This document shows, piece after piece, positions 55,810 to 64,000 of a stretch of DNA of 64,000 nucleotides. The position numbers and the translations under genes are program-made. Source of the DNA: a virus. Location of the stretch: IMG/VR virus record IMGVR_UViG_3300042090_002405, positions 17,288 through 81,287 of that record; one strand, 5' to 3'. Under the pieces are notes generated by a model that was not told the DNA's origin, did no database searches, and worked only from the letters and a program-made list of their open reading frames with translations. The stretch's first letter is position 1; each line of letters starts with the position of its first letter.

Positions 55810-56031
55810 CTTTTTCCCCCGTCTACGCCGTACCGAAAAGCTGCACGATCGACCCTGTCTCACCGAGCGGCTGTTTGCACCGCGCGCACCGCGTTCCGTC
55901 TGGCGGGGCTGAGTACCCGAGCATCTCGTCCCCTGCTGCAAACAGGCGTGGTGCACGCGGAGACGACGTGCGCGCTTGGCGTCCTTTTGACCGACGCGGA
56001 ATCTGTTTTCGGAGGAGCCCACGACGGACGA

Positions 56032-56229
56032 TTAGAGTGGCGCTACTTCGCGCGTTGGCGAGTACACCACCGGCCGTCCGTCCCCGTGCGCAAGCCGGAT
56101 CCCCTCCCCATCGATCGCCATCCTCACCAAAGGGGTCTTCAGGAGCTTGTCGAGCGTCTTCGCTACTGCTGCTGCGTCTCGATCGTCCCGTGCCTCGATA
56201 ATGACATGCATCAAAATCTTGTACTTCAC
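56032..56229 (-). CDS. Hypothetical protein
   Basis: GTGA overlap; MKYKILMHVIIEARDD. Confidence 0.6.
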   Translation of the reverse strand: MKYKILMHVIIEARDDRDAAAVAKTLDKLLKTPLVRMAIDGEGIRLAHGDGRPVVYSPTREVAPL

Positions 56230-57848
56230 CGGGGGCCCCCGGGCATCGGCATCGGCGGAGCGCCCCATGTGCGCGGGCTTTGCGGCGCGATCGGCTCCGG
56301 CATGTGTTCCGGCGCGGGCGGGGGTGGCAAAGAGTCTACAGGCACCGCCACAAATCCCGGCGGTGGCGTGTAGCCGGGGGTCACCTCGACGTAGCCCGGC
56401 GGGAGCGTTCGCTGCGGCCCGCGCCGCGCCTCGACGCGGTTCTGCAGCGCTTCTCGCTGCTCCGAAAACCATTTGAGGACGTTGCCCATGTTGGCCGTCA
56501 CGGTTTCGAACGCGCGCACAGACCCGTTCTCGCGGTCCATGACGATGGGCCACCCGTTACCAACGTCCACGACCTTAACGGGATTGCTGTCGTCCCCGTC
56601 GTCGCCGACGTTGTAGCGGCGTCGTGCGCCATCGTCCTCAGGCGGGGGGCGAAAGCGGTCCGCGATCCCCATCGCTGTATCGATCACCGAGGCGGCCTCG
56701 CGGAACTCCTCGACGGCTGACTTCTGCCGCATGGGGGGCCCTGGGGGCGGACCTCCGGACGGGCCGCCGTATGCGGCGGTGCGGTACGCACCGGGACCTG
56801 GCGGTGGCGGAGCAGCGGGAGCGCCGAGGGCCTGAAAAAGACGATCCGCCGGAACGAAACCGAACCCCGGAACGAAAAACATTCCGGGCGGCGCTTGGAT
56901 CGGCGGCATGCCCGGCAATGCTCCGGGCGGTCCCGCGTGCGGCGCGGGGGGCGGCGATGGAGCGGCGGGTTGCTGCATCCGCTGCATCGTTTGCATCATC
57001 CACGACATCATCGCTATCGGATCGGCGGACGATGGGGGCGGGGCTGGCGCAGCCGAAGGAGCAACCGGCTGCTGCTGTAGCTGCTGCATCTGACGATACA
57101 TGTCGAACGTCTGCTGCATCATCGCGATCGGATCCACAGATGGCGGGGCCGAGGAGGATGGTGCGGGTGACGGCGGTGGAGCACCTGGAGCCCCCCCGCG
57201 TGCCGCGTTTTGCATGTCGAGGAACATCCCGAACATGCGCTGCATGAGGGTCACGGGATCGCCCATTCCTCCGTTGGGCGGCGGTTGCATCGGCTGCTGC
57301 ATCATCGTTGGTCCCGTCGTCGGTTGTCCTTGGTCGCGCGTGTCCGTCAGGACGATCCGCCCCTTGCCGCGCTTCTGCTTATCGCTCGAGTCTACGAATT
57401 CGACCTCGTATCCGGCCTCTTCGTAGCGCCCGTGGTGCGTCATCAGCACGGTGTAGAGCTCTGCGCCCGATTTCGGACGGCTGCGGATCACCCACTGCAC
57501 CGGCGAGCCCGTCAAACGCTTGACCTTGATGTCGATCGTGTTGGCCGGCCAGAACTTCAGAAGCCCATCGTACTTCTCGAGAAGGTCTTCGATGTTGAAG
57601 GGCGCTCTCGCCTGGCCGGACCGCTTCTTGTTGACGAGATCTTCCATACGGCGGTTGTCGCGCACGCTCTCCGCGTCGACGGCGCCTAATTCTTTGATCT
57701 TGGACTCGTCGGCGACGAGAGCGCCTGGCTCTTCGCCTTCTGCGGACTCCTCGGGCACCGCGCCGATCTCGGCGACGATATCTGCCTCGTCTTGCTGCGC
57801 GGGGGTGTTCGAGGGCGGAGCTGCGCCGCCGCTGTTTCGACGTCCCAT
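56226..57848 (-). CDS. Pro/Gln/Met-rich low-complexity protein
   Basis: Three DP[VI]xxM[QM] helices separated by Pro linkers; RBS AGGAAAG. Confidence 0.75.
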   Translation of the reverse strand: MGRRNSGGAAPPSNTPAQQDEADIVAEIGAVPEESAEGEEPGALVADESKIKELGAVDAESVRDNRRMEDLVNKKRSGQARAPFNIEDLLEKYDGLLKFWPANTIDIKVKRLTGSPVQWVIRSRPKSGAELYTVLMTHHGRYEEAGYEVEFVDSSDKQKRGKGRIVLTDTRDQGQPTTGPTMMQQPMQPPPNGGMGDPVTLMQRMFGMFLDMQNAARGGAPGAPPPSPAPSSSAPPSVDPIAMMQQTFDMYRQMQQLQQQPVAPSAAPAPPPSSADPIAMMSWMMQTMQRMQQPAAPSPPPAPHAGPPGALPGMPPIQAPPGMFFVPGFGFVPADRLFQALGAPAAPPPPGPGAYRTAAYGGPSGGPPPGPPMRQKSAVEEFREAASVIDTAMGIADRFRPPPEDDGARRRYNVGDDGDDSNPVKVVDVGNGWPIVMDRENGSVRAFETVTANMGNVLKWFSEQREALQNRVEARRGPQRTLPPGYVEVTPGYTPPPGFVAVPVDSLPPPPAPEHMPEPIAPQSPRTWGAPPMPMPGGPR

Positions 57849-57879
57849 CTTCTTTCCTCGTTTCCTTCCTTCTGCCTGA

Positions 57880-58344
57880 TCAGGATGGGGCTACGGTGCC
57901 GTTCGTCGCCGGAGCGGCAGCGACGGACGGAGCATCGGAGGGAGTCTCGGGCTCCTCCGGCTCTCCGTCCTCTTCGCCCTTCGTCTCGTCGATCTCGAGC
58001 TCGTCTGCGAAAATGTCGGCGGGCATCGCCTCCTCTACGTAGCGGACAGCCCTCATCGGGATGATGCTGCGGATCCCCATGGAGAAGTCGGGCGCGAGGC
58101 AGTACACCCGGATCTCCTCGGCATCGCGGTCCAAAAACATGCGGAGGACCTTGTGGCCCGAGATGAACGGATGCGTGTGGCCCACCACCCACATGACGGG
58201 CTCGTCTTTCTTGCCCGGTTCCGACGGGAAAACCGCATCTGACACGGCGCGCATGATCATCGGGTAACCGGGCTCGATGAGATCGGGCGGCTCGGGCTGG
58301 GGAATTGCTGCCGTCGCCGGTGCGTGGGGTTGCTGCATGGCCAT
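57880..58344 (-). CDS. Hypothetical protein with an acidic tail
   Basis: RBS AGGAG before ATG 58344. Confidence 0.65.
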   Translation of the reverse strand: MAMQQPHAPATAAIPQPEPPDLIEPGYPMIMRAVSDAVFPSEPGKKDEPVMWVVGHTHPFISGHKVLRMFLDRDAEEIRVYCLAPDFSMGIRSIIPMRAVRYVEEAMPADIFADELEIDETKGEEDGEPEEPETPSDAPSVAAAPATNGTVAPS

Positions 58345-58387
58345 GGATACGAACTCCTGAAAGTTGGTTTGGCGGACGGGCTCTCCG

Positions 58388-59023
58388 TCAGTCGAGTAGT
58401 CCCTCTTCCGCGAAAGAGAAAAACGATCGTTTATCTTCACTTCCCCCGACGATCAAATGATCAAGCAAGATCACATTGACCGCCTCGAACGCTTTTAGAA
58501 AGGCGTCCGTCGTTTCCTTGTCGGCTTCACTTGGTTCGGCTTCGACACCTGAAGGATGCACGTGCATGAGGATCACAGCGTGCGCACCGTCGATGAGTGC
58601 TGCTTGTAGCGTAGGGACCATCGGGGCCATGGTTGCCGTCGCCTCCCCTCGGCCTGTTTCCGCCACAGACTTCATTCGCAGATGTAGATCGAGTGTGATG
58701 AGTCCGAAGACCTCATTTACCTCGTCGCCGATCGCATCCTCGATGAGCTCGAAGGCCTTCTCTGGAGTGTTCAGCGGTCCAATCTTGTCAGCGAGCGCGT
58801 TGCACGCCGCGAATCGCGCCGGGTCCTTATGTACAACGAGAAACGGCCGGCACTTCGAGTCGGGGCCCGCCGAAAGCACCACTGGCTCAACGTCGTCCGG
58901 CCGGTGCGGCGCGACCGTTTCGGCCACCCGGCGCGCCTGAGCGGGCTCATGACACCCGCACTCTGCACCAATGCGACGTCGCTTCTCGCCGACCGCGACG
59001 AGGTTGTAGGACTTCCGTTTCAT
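58388..59023 (-). CDS. radC: RadC-like JAB/MPN domain protein
   Basis: E.F.LITLD...AVILMHVHPSGVEAEPSEADKETT...LLDHLIVG..FFSFAEEG. Confidence 0.9.
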   Translation of the reverse strand: MKRKSYNLVAVGEKRRRIGAECGCHEPAQARRVAETVAPHRPDDVEPVVLSAGPDSKCRPFLVVHKDPARFAACNALADKIGPLNTPEKAFELIEDAIGDEVNEVFGLITLDLHLRMKSVAETGRGEATATMAPMVPTLQAALIDGAHAVILMHVHPSGVEAEPSEADKETTDAFLKAFEAVNVILLDHLIVGGSEDKRSFFSFAEEGLLD

Positions 59024-59442
59024 GCGATAGAGCCAGTCGGAGCGGCGTGGTCGCGATGGACGTGGTTGATGATCTGCTGCGAGGGTTGCTGGGCTTCCCC
59101 AAGGGACACCGCCGCATCGGCGCTGCCGAACGCGACGAAGTTGCCCGCGCTCTCGGTCTGCACGACGAACTCCTCCAAGGGCACGTCTGTAACGATGAGC
59201 CGCACGTCCTTGTCATCCAGGATCGGGCGAAAGCGCACGCCGCCATCGAGCACAATATTTTGGATCTGCACAGGCAACACCACGGACCCCACGACGATGT
59301 CGGCGCTCACATCTTTGCCGACCGCGTCGACGAGGACAAACTTCGTCGTGTTCCGCGTCTCGTCGGGCCGGACGATGGAGGAGAGGACACGCTTGATCAC
59401 GATGCGGCCCAAGATCTGGGAACGACGGGGGATGAATTTCAC
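59020..59442 (-). CDS. GroES/Cpn10-like co-chaperonin
   Basis: MKFIPRRSQILGR...SSIVRPD...VDAVGKDV..IVVGSVVL...ILDDKDV. Confidence 0.55.
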   Translation of the reverse strand: MKFIPRRSQILGRIVIKRVLSSIVRPDETRNTTKFVLVDAVGKDVSADIVVGSVVLPVQIQNIVLDGGVRFRPILDDKDVRLIVTDVPLEEFVVQTESAGNFVAFGSADAAVSLGEAQQPSQQIINHVHRDHAAPTGSIA

Positions 59443-60062
59443 GGAGCTCTCCTTGTCTTCGGCTTCTGCCCGGCCTTCTTCTTGGTCTTCTTCGTGGTCT
59501 TCTGCTTCTTGGTCTTCTTTTTCTTGGGCTCTTCGAAGTCCGCCATGAACGCCCTGAGCGCCCTCGTCTTTGACGCCGTCGCTTCGGTGAGCAGCGACAC
59601 GGGGCCGGCTTCGAGTGTGGCCACGAGGGACAATGCTGTCGAGGTCGTGGCCCCCCCTTGCGAGGCCTTCCGAAGCTCCTCGAGCTCCGCTTGACACGCC
59701 ATGAAATCGGCGATGACTTCCGAAAAATGCTCCCGCGACGGGGCGTAGTACGGGCCCTCCGCCAGCCGCTTAGCATCGAGAGGTGCAAACTGCCGCGCCG
59801 CCGTAAGGATCACAAGAGCACTCATGCGCATCTCCCGATCGCGGCAAGCTGACACGCACGCTACTTTTTCGTCCGCCTTGCCGGGGCAGGTCTCCACGTG
59901 CCGGCATTTCTCGAGAATCGAAGCGGCCTCTTGCACAGCGATCTGCCAAGCGACCTTCGACCGCCAAAGCTGGCGGCGCACGCCGTCCCAGTGCCGTACG
60001 AAGACAGATACCTTCTCGTCGCCGGGCGTGGCCAGCCCCATCATTCTGTCGTTGTTCATCAT
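59439..60062 (-). CDS. Hypothetical protein with a Lys-rich tail
   Basis: Cys cluster; KKKKTKK C-terminus. Confidence 0.65.
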   Translation of the reverse strand: MMNNDRMMGLATPGDEKVSVFVRHWDGVRRQLWRSKVAWQIAVQEAASILEKCRHVETCPGKADEKVACVSACRDREMRMSALVILTAARQFAPLDAKRLAEGPYYAPSREHFSEVIADFMACQAELEELRKASQGGATTSTALSLVATLEAGPVSLLTEATASKTRALRAFMADFEEPKKKKTKKQKTTKKTKKKAGQKPKTRRAP

Positions 60063-60071
60063 CCCCGTTCC

Positions 60072-60311
60072 TCAGATCGTCTTTCCGTTGGGCTCCTTGA
60101 TCCTTAGGTAGCCCTCGCTCGTCTGGTGCCGATCCGCTGCCTGAAGCAAGATCGACCGCATCCATACGCTGATCTTCACGCCGCATTGCTGCGCGCGCTG
60201 ATCTACGTTCCGATATTGCTCCGGCGTCATCTTCAGCGTGACGACCTTAGTTTTCGCGGAGACAGCGGTGTGTGCCATCAGGAGGGAGGCCAATCGGATG
60301 GCCGTCGGCAT
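60072..60311 (-). CDS. RHH regulator
   Basis: KVVTLKMTPEQYRNVDQRAQQCGVKISVWMRSILL. Confidence 0.75.
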   Translation of the reverse strand: MPTAIRLASLLMAHTAVSAKTKVVTLKMTPEQYRNVDQRAQQCGVKISVWMRSILLQAADRHQTSEGYLRIKEPNGKTI

Positions 60312-60386
60312 ACTGCTCTCTGGTTTCGCATCTCGTCAAGACGGATAGTTGATGAGGCGCCAAAAAAAAAGCGCTACTCTTCTCTC

Positions 60387-60605
60387 GTGACTGGGCACAT
60401 TCGTCGAGGAGATCGCTTCACGGTGGGCTTCGGGCAAGCCATGATCACGGCCCCGCTTCTAGCTACGGGTGCCGCCGCTGGTGAACCGTCGCCGTGGGCT
60501 ATGGCGCTGGCGACGACGGCGTTCGGCGTGGCGACTGGATGGGTGCTCGACGAGGTGTCGCACCGGATGCGCGGCGGCAAAGGTCGAAGAAGCCGAGGAC
60601 GATGA
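60387..60605 (+). CDS. Small membrane protein with the GF motif
   Basis: MTGHIRRGDRFTVGFGQ...TM...basic tail. Confidence 0.55.
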   Translation: MTGHIRRGDRFTVGFGQAMITAPLLATGAAAGEPSPWAMALATTAFGVATGWVLDEVSHRMRGGKGRRSRGR

Positions 60606-61051
60606 CCATGGAACATGTGCGACTTGGAAATCGACGCGTGGCAGGGTTCGATGTCGGCGTGGGGGGCCTCTTCGACATCTTCGGCGGAGGAAGTGGGACG
60701 AGTCCCAATCCGGCCTATCAAGCTACTGCCACGATCACTGGGCAAAAAGTAGATCCGAACGCGCCCCCGGACGCCCCCGCCGGCCCGACAGTCCAGGATG
60801 CTTGCGCCAACATCCCGACTTGGGCCCAAGCCATCGCCGGCTGTTCAAACGCCAACGTCAAACCCGCGCCGGGTCAAAGTGTGGCGACAGCGCCTGCATC
60901 GCCGTTGACATTGTTCTTCGGGGGCGGCGTGGATGCAAACGGCAACCCGATCCAGACCCCGCTCCAATGGCTGGAAGCCCACAAGACAGCGATTGCGATC
61001 GGCGGCGCCGTCTTCGCTGGAATCGTCGTCTACGGGGCCATACGGCGATGA
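60602..61051 (+). CDS. C-terminally anchored virion membrane protein
   Basis: VRLGNRRVAGFDVGVGG...TM+RR. Confidence 0.65.
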   Translation: MTMEHVRLGNRRVAGFDVGVGGLFDIFGGGSGTSPNPAYQATATITGQKVDPNAPPDAPAGPTVQDACANIPTWAQAIAGCSNANVKPAPGQSVATAPASPLTLFFGGGVDANGNPIQTPLQWLEAHKTAIAIGGAVFAGIVVYGAIRR

Positions 61052-61428
61052 CTCTCCAGTGGGGTGGACGTCGCGTGATGGGCTTCGGAATCGGCGAAGA
61101 TTCTGTTGCACCTACGTCCACCGCGGAAACGTCGACGGATACGACGGCCGGGGAACGTACCGGTACGTTCACGCGAACGCACGACGCTGAGACGCCGTTG
61201 ACGGAGCAACAGCGCACCAACATCGTCGACACATGGAGCGCCGCGGCAGGCTACAAAAAGATCGTCCTTCCCGATGGGACTCCCGGGTTTCAGGGACCGG
61301 ACGGAAACCTCCTTCGCGCAAATGGTCTGCCCTACGTTGCCGAAACGCACTTCCCGATCGGGGTCGTCGCAGTTGTAACCATGGTTCTGACTGTCGGGCT
61401 TCTTTACGCAATCACGCCGCGAAGATAA
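61048..61428 (+). CDS. C-terminally anchored virion membrane protein
   Basis: MTLQWGGRRVMGFGIGED...TM+RR. Confidence 0.65.
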   Translation: MTLQWGGRRVMGFGIGEDSVAPTSTAETSTDTTAGERTGTFTRTHDAETPLTEQQRTNIVDTWSAAAGYKKIVLPDGTPGFQGPDGNLLRANGLPYVAETHFPIGVVAVVTMVLTVGLLYAITPRR

Positions 61429-61438
61429 GTCTCTCGTC

Positions 61439-61873
61439 ATGAATACGGTCACGTCCATCGCTCGACTCCTGGTGCGCCCATCTGCCCGAACGATGGGGCA
61501 CTCGGTCGCCGCATTGTCCGTAAAGCAGACACTGCCATCTCTCATCACGACTATAGGGCACGCCTGTACGGTGGCCTGGCTAACGACGGGGGCTTACTGG
61601 CTAGCGTTCGCCGGCCTCGCATGTGACATGCTCGATGGGGCGGTTGCGCGACACCTTGACGTCGTATCCGAGTTCGGTGCGCTCTATGACTGGACGGTAG
61701 ACGTCACGATGGCGGCGATAATTTGCCTCGTTGCGCTGCACGCACCATGGCTCTTGATCGCTTTGGTTCCGATCGCTGTCTGGTGTAAGCGACGAGGTCT
61801 TCGTTTTTCGGGGCGGGCCGCGTTGACGTTGCTTGCGGTAGGTCTAGGGTGGAGGGGCGGGGTGCCGTGGTAA
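61439..61873 (+). CDS. CDP-alcohol phosphatidyltransferase
   Basis: Complete signature DMLDGAVAR-x5-SEFGALYDWTVD within a multi-TM protein. Confidence 0.85.
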   Translation: MNTVTSIARLLVRPSARTMGHSVAALSVKQTLPSLITTIGHACTVAWLTTGAYWLAFAGLACDMLDGAVARHLDVVSEFGALYDWTVDVTMAAIICLVALHAPWLLIALVPIAVWCKRRGLRFSGRAALTLLAVGLGWRGGVPW

Positions 61874-62739
61874 TCCGTCGAGGCGACAAGATCGTACGAG
61901 GGTTCGCCCTCGGCGCCGACGACTCCGTCGACGCTCTCGTCGCGAGCAAGCTGTCGGAGCTCGGTTACGGTTCCGTGTCCGACTTTCAGAAGGCAAAGGG
62001 ACTAACTGTCGACGGCGTTGCCGGGCACGACACCCTGACAGCGATGGGACTCGGGTACCTCTTCGATCTCTCTTCGAGGGGGATGCTTTCTTCGGGGCAA
62101 ACCCAGCTCGAAACGAAAAACACACCGCTTACCCCCGAGCAAGCTGCGCAGGCACTCAGCGAGGGCTACCAGTCCATCACCGGCTCTGTACCGTCCCCGG
62201 ACGTTCTGTCGTTGCTACTCGCGCAGTCCGGGCACGAAACAGCCAACTGGCAAAAGCTCCCCAACTACGCCTTCGGGGGCGTAAAAGCGACATCCGGAAC
62301 GCCCTACGTCCAGGCCTTCGTTACCCCCGAGGGGGATCCGCCGAAACATTACGTGCTGGCTTTCGCGGCGTACCCCACGGCGGCGGCGGGGGCAAAGGCG
62401 TACATCCGAACACTGAAGAACCGATCGGCATGGTGGGACGGGCTTCAGAGCGGCGTCCCGCAGACCTTCGTCGACGCTTTGGTGAGCATCCCCGGAGCGC
62501 TCTACTTTACCGGCAATGCCGGGGACTACCTCGCGAGCATGCAAACCCGCGTGCAGCAATTCGCCGATCTCGCAAAAGAGTACGCAAGGCCACTCGCGCG
62601 GCCCGCTCAGGCGGCCGCCGCGGTCGTTGCGCCGTACATCGCGCCGATCGTGCAAAACCCAAAACGTGCACTTGCGGTCGCGGCGGGGGTCGTGGCGGTC
62701 GCTACCGCGGCGGCGTGGATCGCGACTCGTCGCCGGTAG
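61867..62739 (+). CDS. Membrane-anchored PGBD + GH73/FlgJ-like muramidase
   Basis: FQKAKGLTVDGVAGHDT; AQSGHETANW..YAFGGVK..FAAYPT..YFT; C-terminal TM+RRR. Confidence 0.8.
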   Translation: MVIRRGDKIVRGFALGADDSVDALVASKLSELGYGSVSDFQKAKGLTVDGVAGHDTLTAMGLGYLFDLSSRGMLSSGQTQLETKNTPLTPEQAAQALSEGYQSITGSVPSPDVLSLLLAQSGHETANWQKLPNYAFGGVKATSGTPYVQAFVTPEGDPPKHYVLAFAAYPTAAAGAKAYIRTLKNRSAWWDGLQSGVPQTFVDALVSIPGALYFTGNAGDYLASMQTRVQQFADLAKEYARPLARPAQAAAAVVAPYIAPIVQNPKRALAVAAGVVAVATAAAWIATRRR

Positions 62740-62758
62740 ATCGCCGGTAGGTGTCGAT

Positions 62759-63160
62759 CTAGTTCTCGGCGGCCATCTCCGCCGGATGCAAAAACGCCCC
62801 GATCGCGCAGCACCCGACCGCATCAAGCTCCGGCATCTCTACGACGAGCCAGAAGGCGATCCCGTCCCGCGGAAGCTGCATCTTCTTGTGCGCAGACTCT
62901 CGTGCGAGAGGATGGATCTTTTTTTGTGTGTCAGTCCAGCGGCGGAACGCTTGCTCGATATATGCCGATCGCGAGAATGCCTGGAAGCCGTCCGCATCCT
63001 TCGTGTCGCGCGCGACGACGACGAGCACGATGTCAGGGGTACCAAAGTGCTGGCGCGCTTCGCGGTACGCCTTGAGCAAATCATAAGGCGGGAGCGCTTC
63101 GGCGATCTCCTTCATCTGGGGGGAGGTGCCGGGGGCGAGAATGAGTTCCGTCTTGGTCAC
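62759..63160 (-). CDS. Hypothetical protein
   Basis: GTGA overlap with the upstream RHH remnant. Confidence 0.6.
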   Translation of the reverse strand: MTKTELILAPGTSPQMKEIAEALPPYDLLKAYREARQHFGTPDIVLVVVARDTKDADGFQAFSRSAYIEQAFRRWTDTQKKIHPLARESAHKKMQLPRDGIAFWLVVEMPELDAVGCCAIGAFLHPAEMAAEN

Positions 63161-63358
63161 GGGATGGAGATACCATACTTCCGGTCCGATCGTCGATCGG
63201 CTGGTGTCGGACCGCCTCGTTGCCTTGATCCCACAGCGATCCGGCGCCTCTTTCGACGCGGAGCGGCGGCGAGCTGGCCGTGGGCCTTCCGGAGAAGCTG
63301 GCGCAAGATGTCTGAAGCCGATAGGCCCTCCATCTCGGCAAGCTCCTCCAACCATCCG
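63157..63358 (-). pseudogene. 5'-truncated RHH regulator
   Basis: WLEELAEMEGLSASDILRQLLRKAH without a convincing N-terminal strand; abuts the RBS of the divergent gene. Confidence 0.45.
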
Positions 63359-63373
63359 AAAGGAGTAACCCAA

Positions 63374-64000
63374 GTGACGATCACGCCAGCACTTCCGCTC
63401 GACGTTGGGGCCCATCCGAAGCCCTCCGTCGATCAACTCAAGCGCATCGGTCTCGACCCGAAGGCGATCCCCTCATGCGCGATGGAGCGCGCCTATCTCG
63501 CATGGGCGCTCGAGCAGCACAAGGCCGACCCGGCGGGATGGCCACTCGAGCGCGTGGTTGCCGAGTTCGGGGACAACGTGCCGTGCGCGTCGGACGTTCT
63601 GCGTTCTGCGGTCATCCGATTCAACGATCGCGTGGGGCTCCATCCGGCCGGGATCGAGCGACGAGCTCGCGCCTTCACCGATGAGGTTCTGAGCGCGATC
63701 GCAACGTCAGGACGGGACCGTGCGATCGAGCGCCAGCGCGGATACGCGCTTGCCGATTGGGGCCTCCGGTTTGCGACGCCACTCTTCCTCGAGCTTGGGA
63801 CGACGCTCGTCCCGTGGGCTCCCAAGCTGCGAGCTCTCGCGCCCATCGTGGACGATTCGAGCCTTTTCGAAGCGCGGAAAATGACATCCATCCTCTGGGA
63901 TGAGGCGGTTCGCGCACGCGGGGCCATGTGGGACAGATTGCGAGCGGCGGCGATGGCGGAGGCGGGGGCGGTAGCGGTGGCGGCGGCGGCGATGGCGGCG
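63374..64000 (+). CDS. Conserved phage-type Ala-rich protein; runs off the window
   Basis: Not in ORF track; RBS AAAGGAG + GTG; LDVGAH..SCAMERA..DNVPCAS..RFNDR..RGYALADW..KLRALAPIVD..poly-Ala. Confidence 0.7.
   Translation, partial: MTITPALPLDVGAHPKPSVDQLKRIGLDPKAIPSCAMERAYLAWALEQHKADPAGWPLERVVAEFGDNVPCASDVLRSAVIRFNDRVGLHPAGIERRARAFTDEVLSAIATSGRDRAIERQRGYALADWGLRFATPLFLELGTTLVPWAPKLRALAPIVDDSSLFEARKMTSILWDEAVRARGAMWDRLRAAAMAEAGAVAVAAAAMAA

Larger units (their letters stand above)
1..64000. mobile_element. dsDNA virus/provirus genome segment, probably tailless and membrane-containing, probable myxobacterial host; extends past both window ends
   Basis: Continuous phage-like gene packing with ATGA/TGATG overlaps; replication, recombinase, lysis, fibre and capsid-like modules; no host core genes. 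Confidence 0.9.

Noticed and set aside
1-64000. CRISPR array, tRNA, rRNA, reverse transcriptase/DGR
   Set aside because: I saw no regularly spaced repeats, cloverleafs, RT motifs or TR/VR pairs by eye; a tRNA scan was not run

Overview
The whole 64 kb window looks viral; I see no host housekeeping genes, rRNA, tRNA or CRISPR. It is a GC-rich dsDNA virus (or provirus/episome), cut off at both ends. The likely host is a myxobacterium (Polyangia/Sorangium-like), judged from a Polyangia-type DNA-binding protein, Cys-rich lipoproteins and DAG/DGG-rich surface proteins. The left arm (1-14.9 kb) is a replication/recombination module: family-4 UDG domain, DUF669-like SSB, AAA/Sak4-like ATPase, HNH, D5-type SF3 helicase with iteron-like repeats, Cas4/RecB-like nuclease, SNF2 helicase and many small genes. 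A long, mostly leftward late region (15-60 kb) has a tyrosine recombinase, lysis-like genes, two glycosyltransferases, several fibre/spike proteins, a GIY-YIG endonuclease, a very Arg-rich core-like protein, a transglutaminase-fold Cys protease, RadC and a GroES-like protein. A rightward cluster (60.4-62.7 kb) holds small membrane proteins, a CDP-alcohol phosphatidyltransferase and a GH73-like muramidase. I recognise no terminase, portal, HK97 capsid or tape-measure gene. Instead, two adjacent beta-rich proteins (449 and 200 aa) resemble the paired single-jelly-roll capsid proteins of tailless internal-membrane viruses (Halopanivirales-like). Best candidate for a new system (inference): an unusually large tailless membrane-containing myxobacterial virus with two peptide 'address' motifs. 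One is an N-terminal G[ILT]KN[KR]SPxTY tag on four unrelated fibre proteins. The other is a basic/Gly-x-V-x-GFx[ILV]G tag on at least six membrane-anchored or virion proteins. All family calls come from reading motifs by eye; no database search was run.
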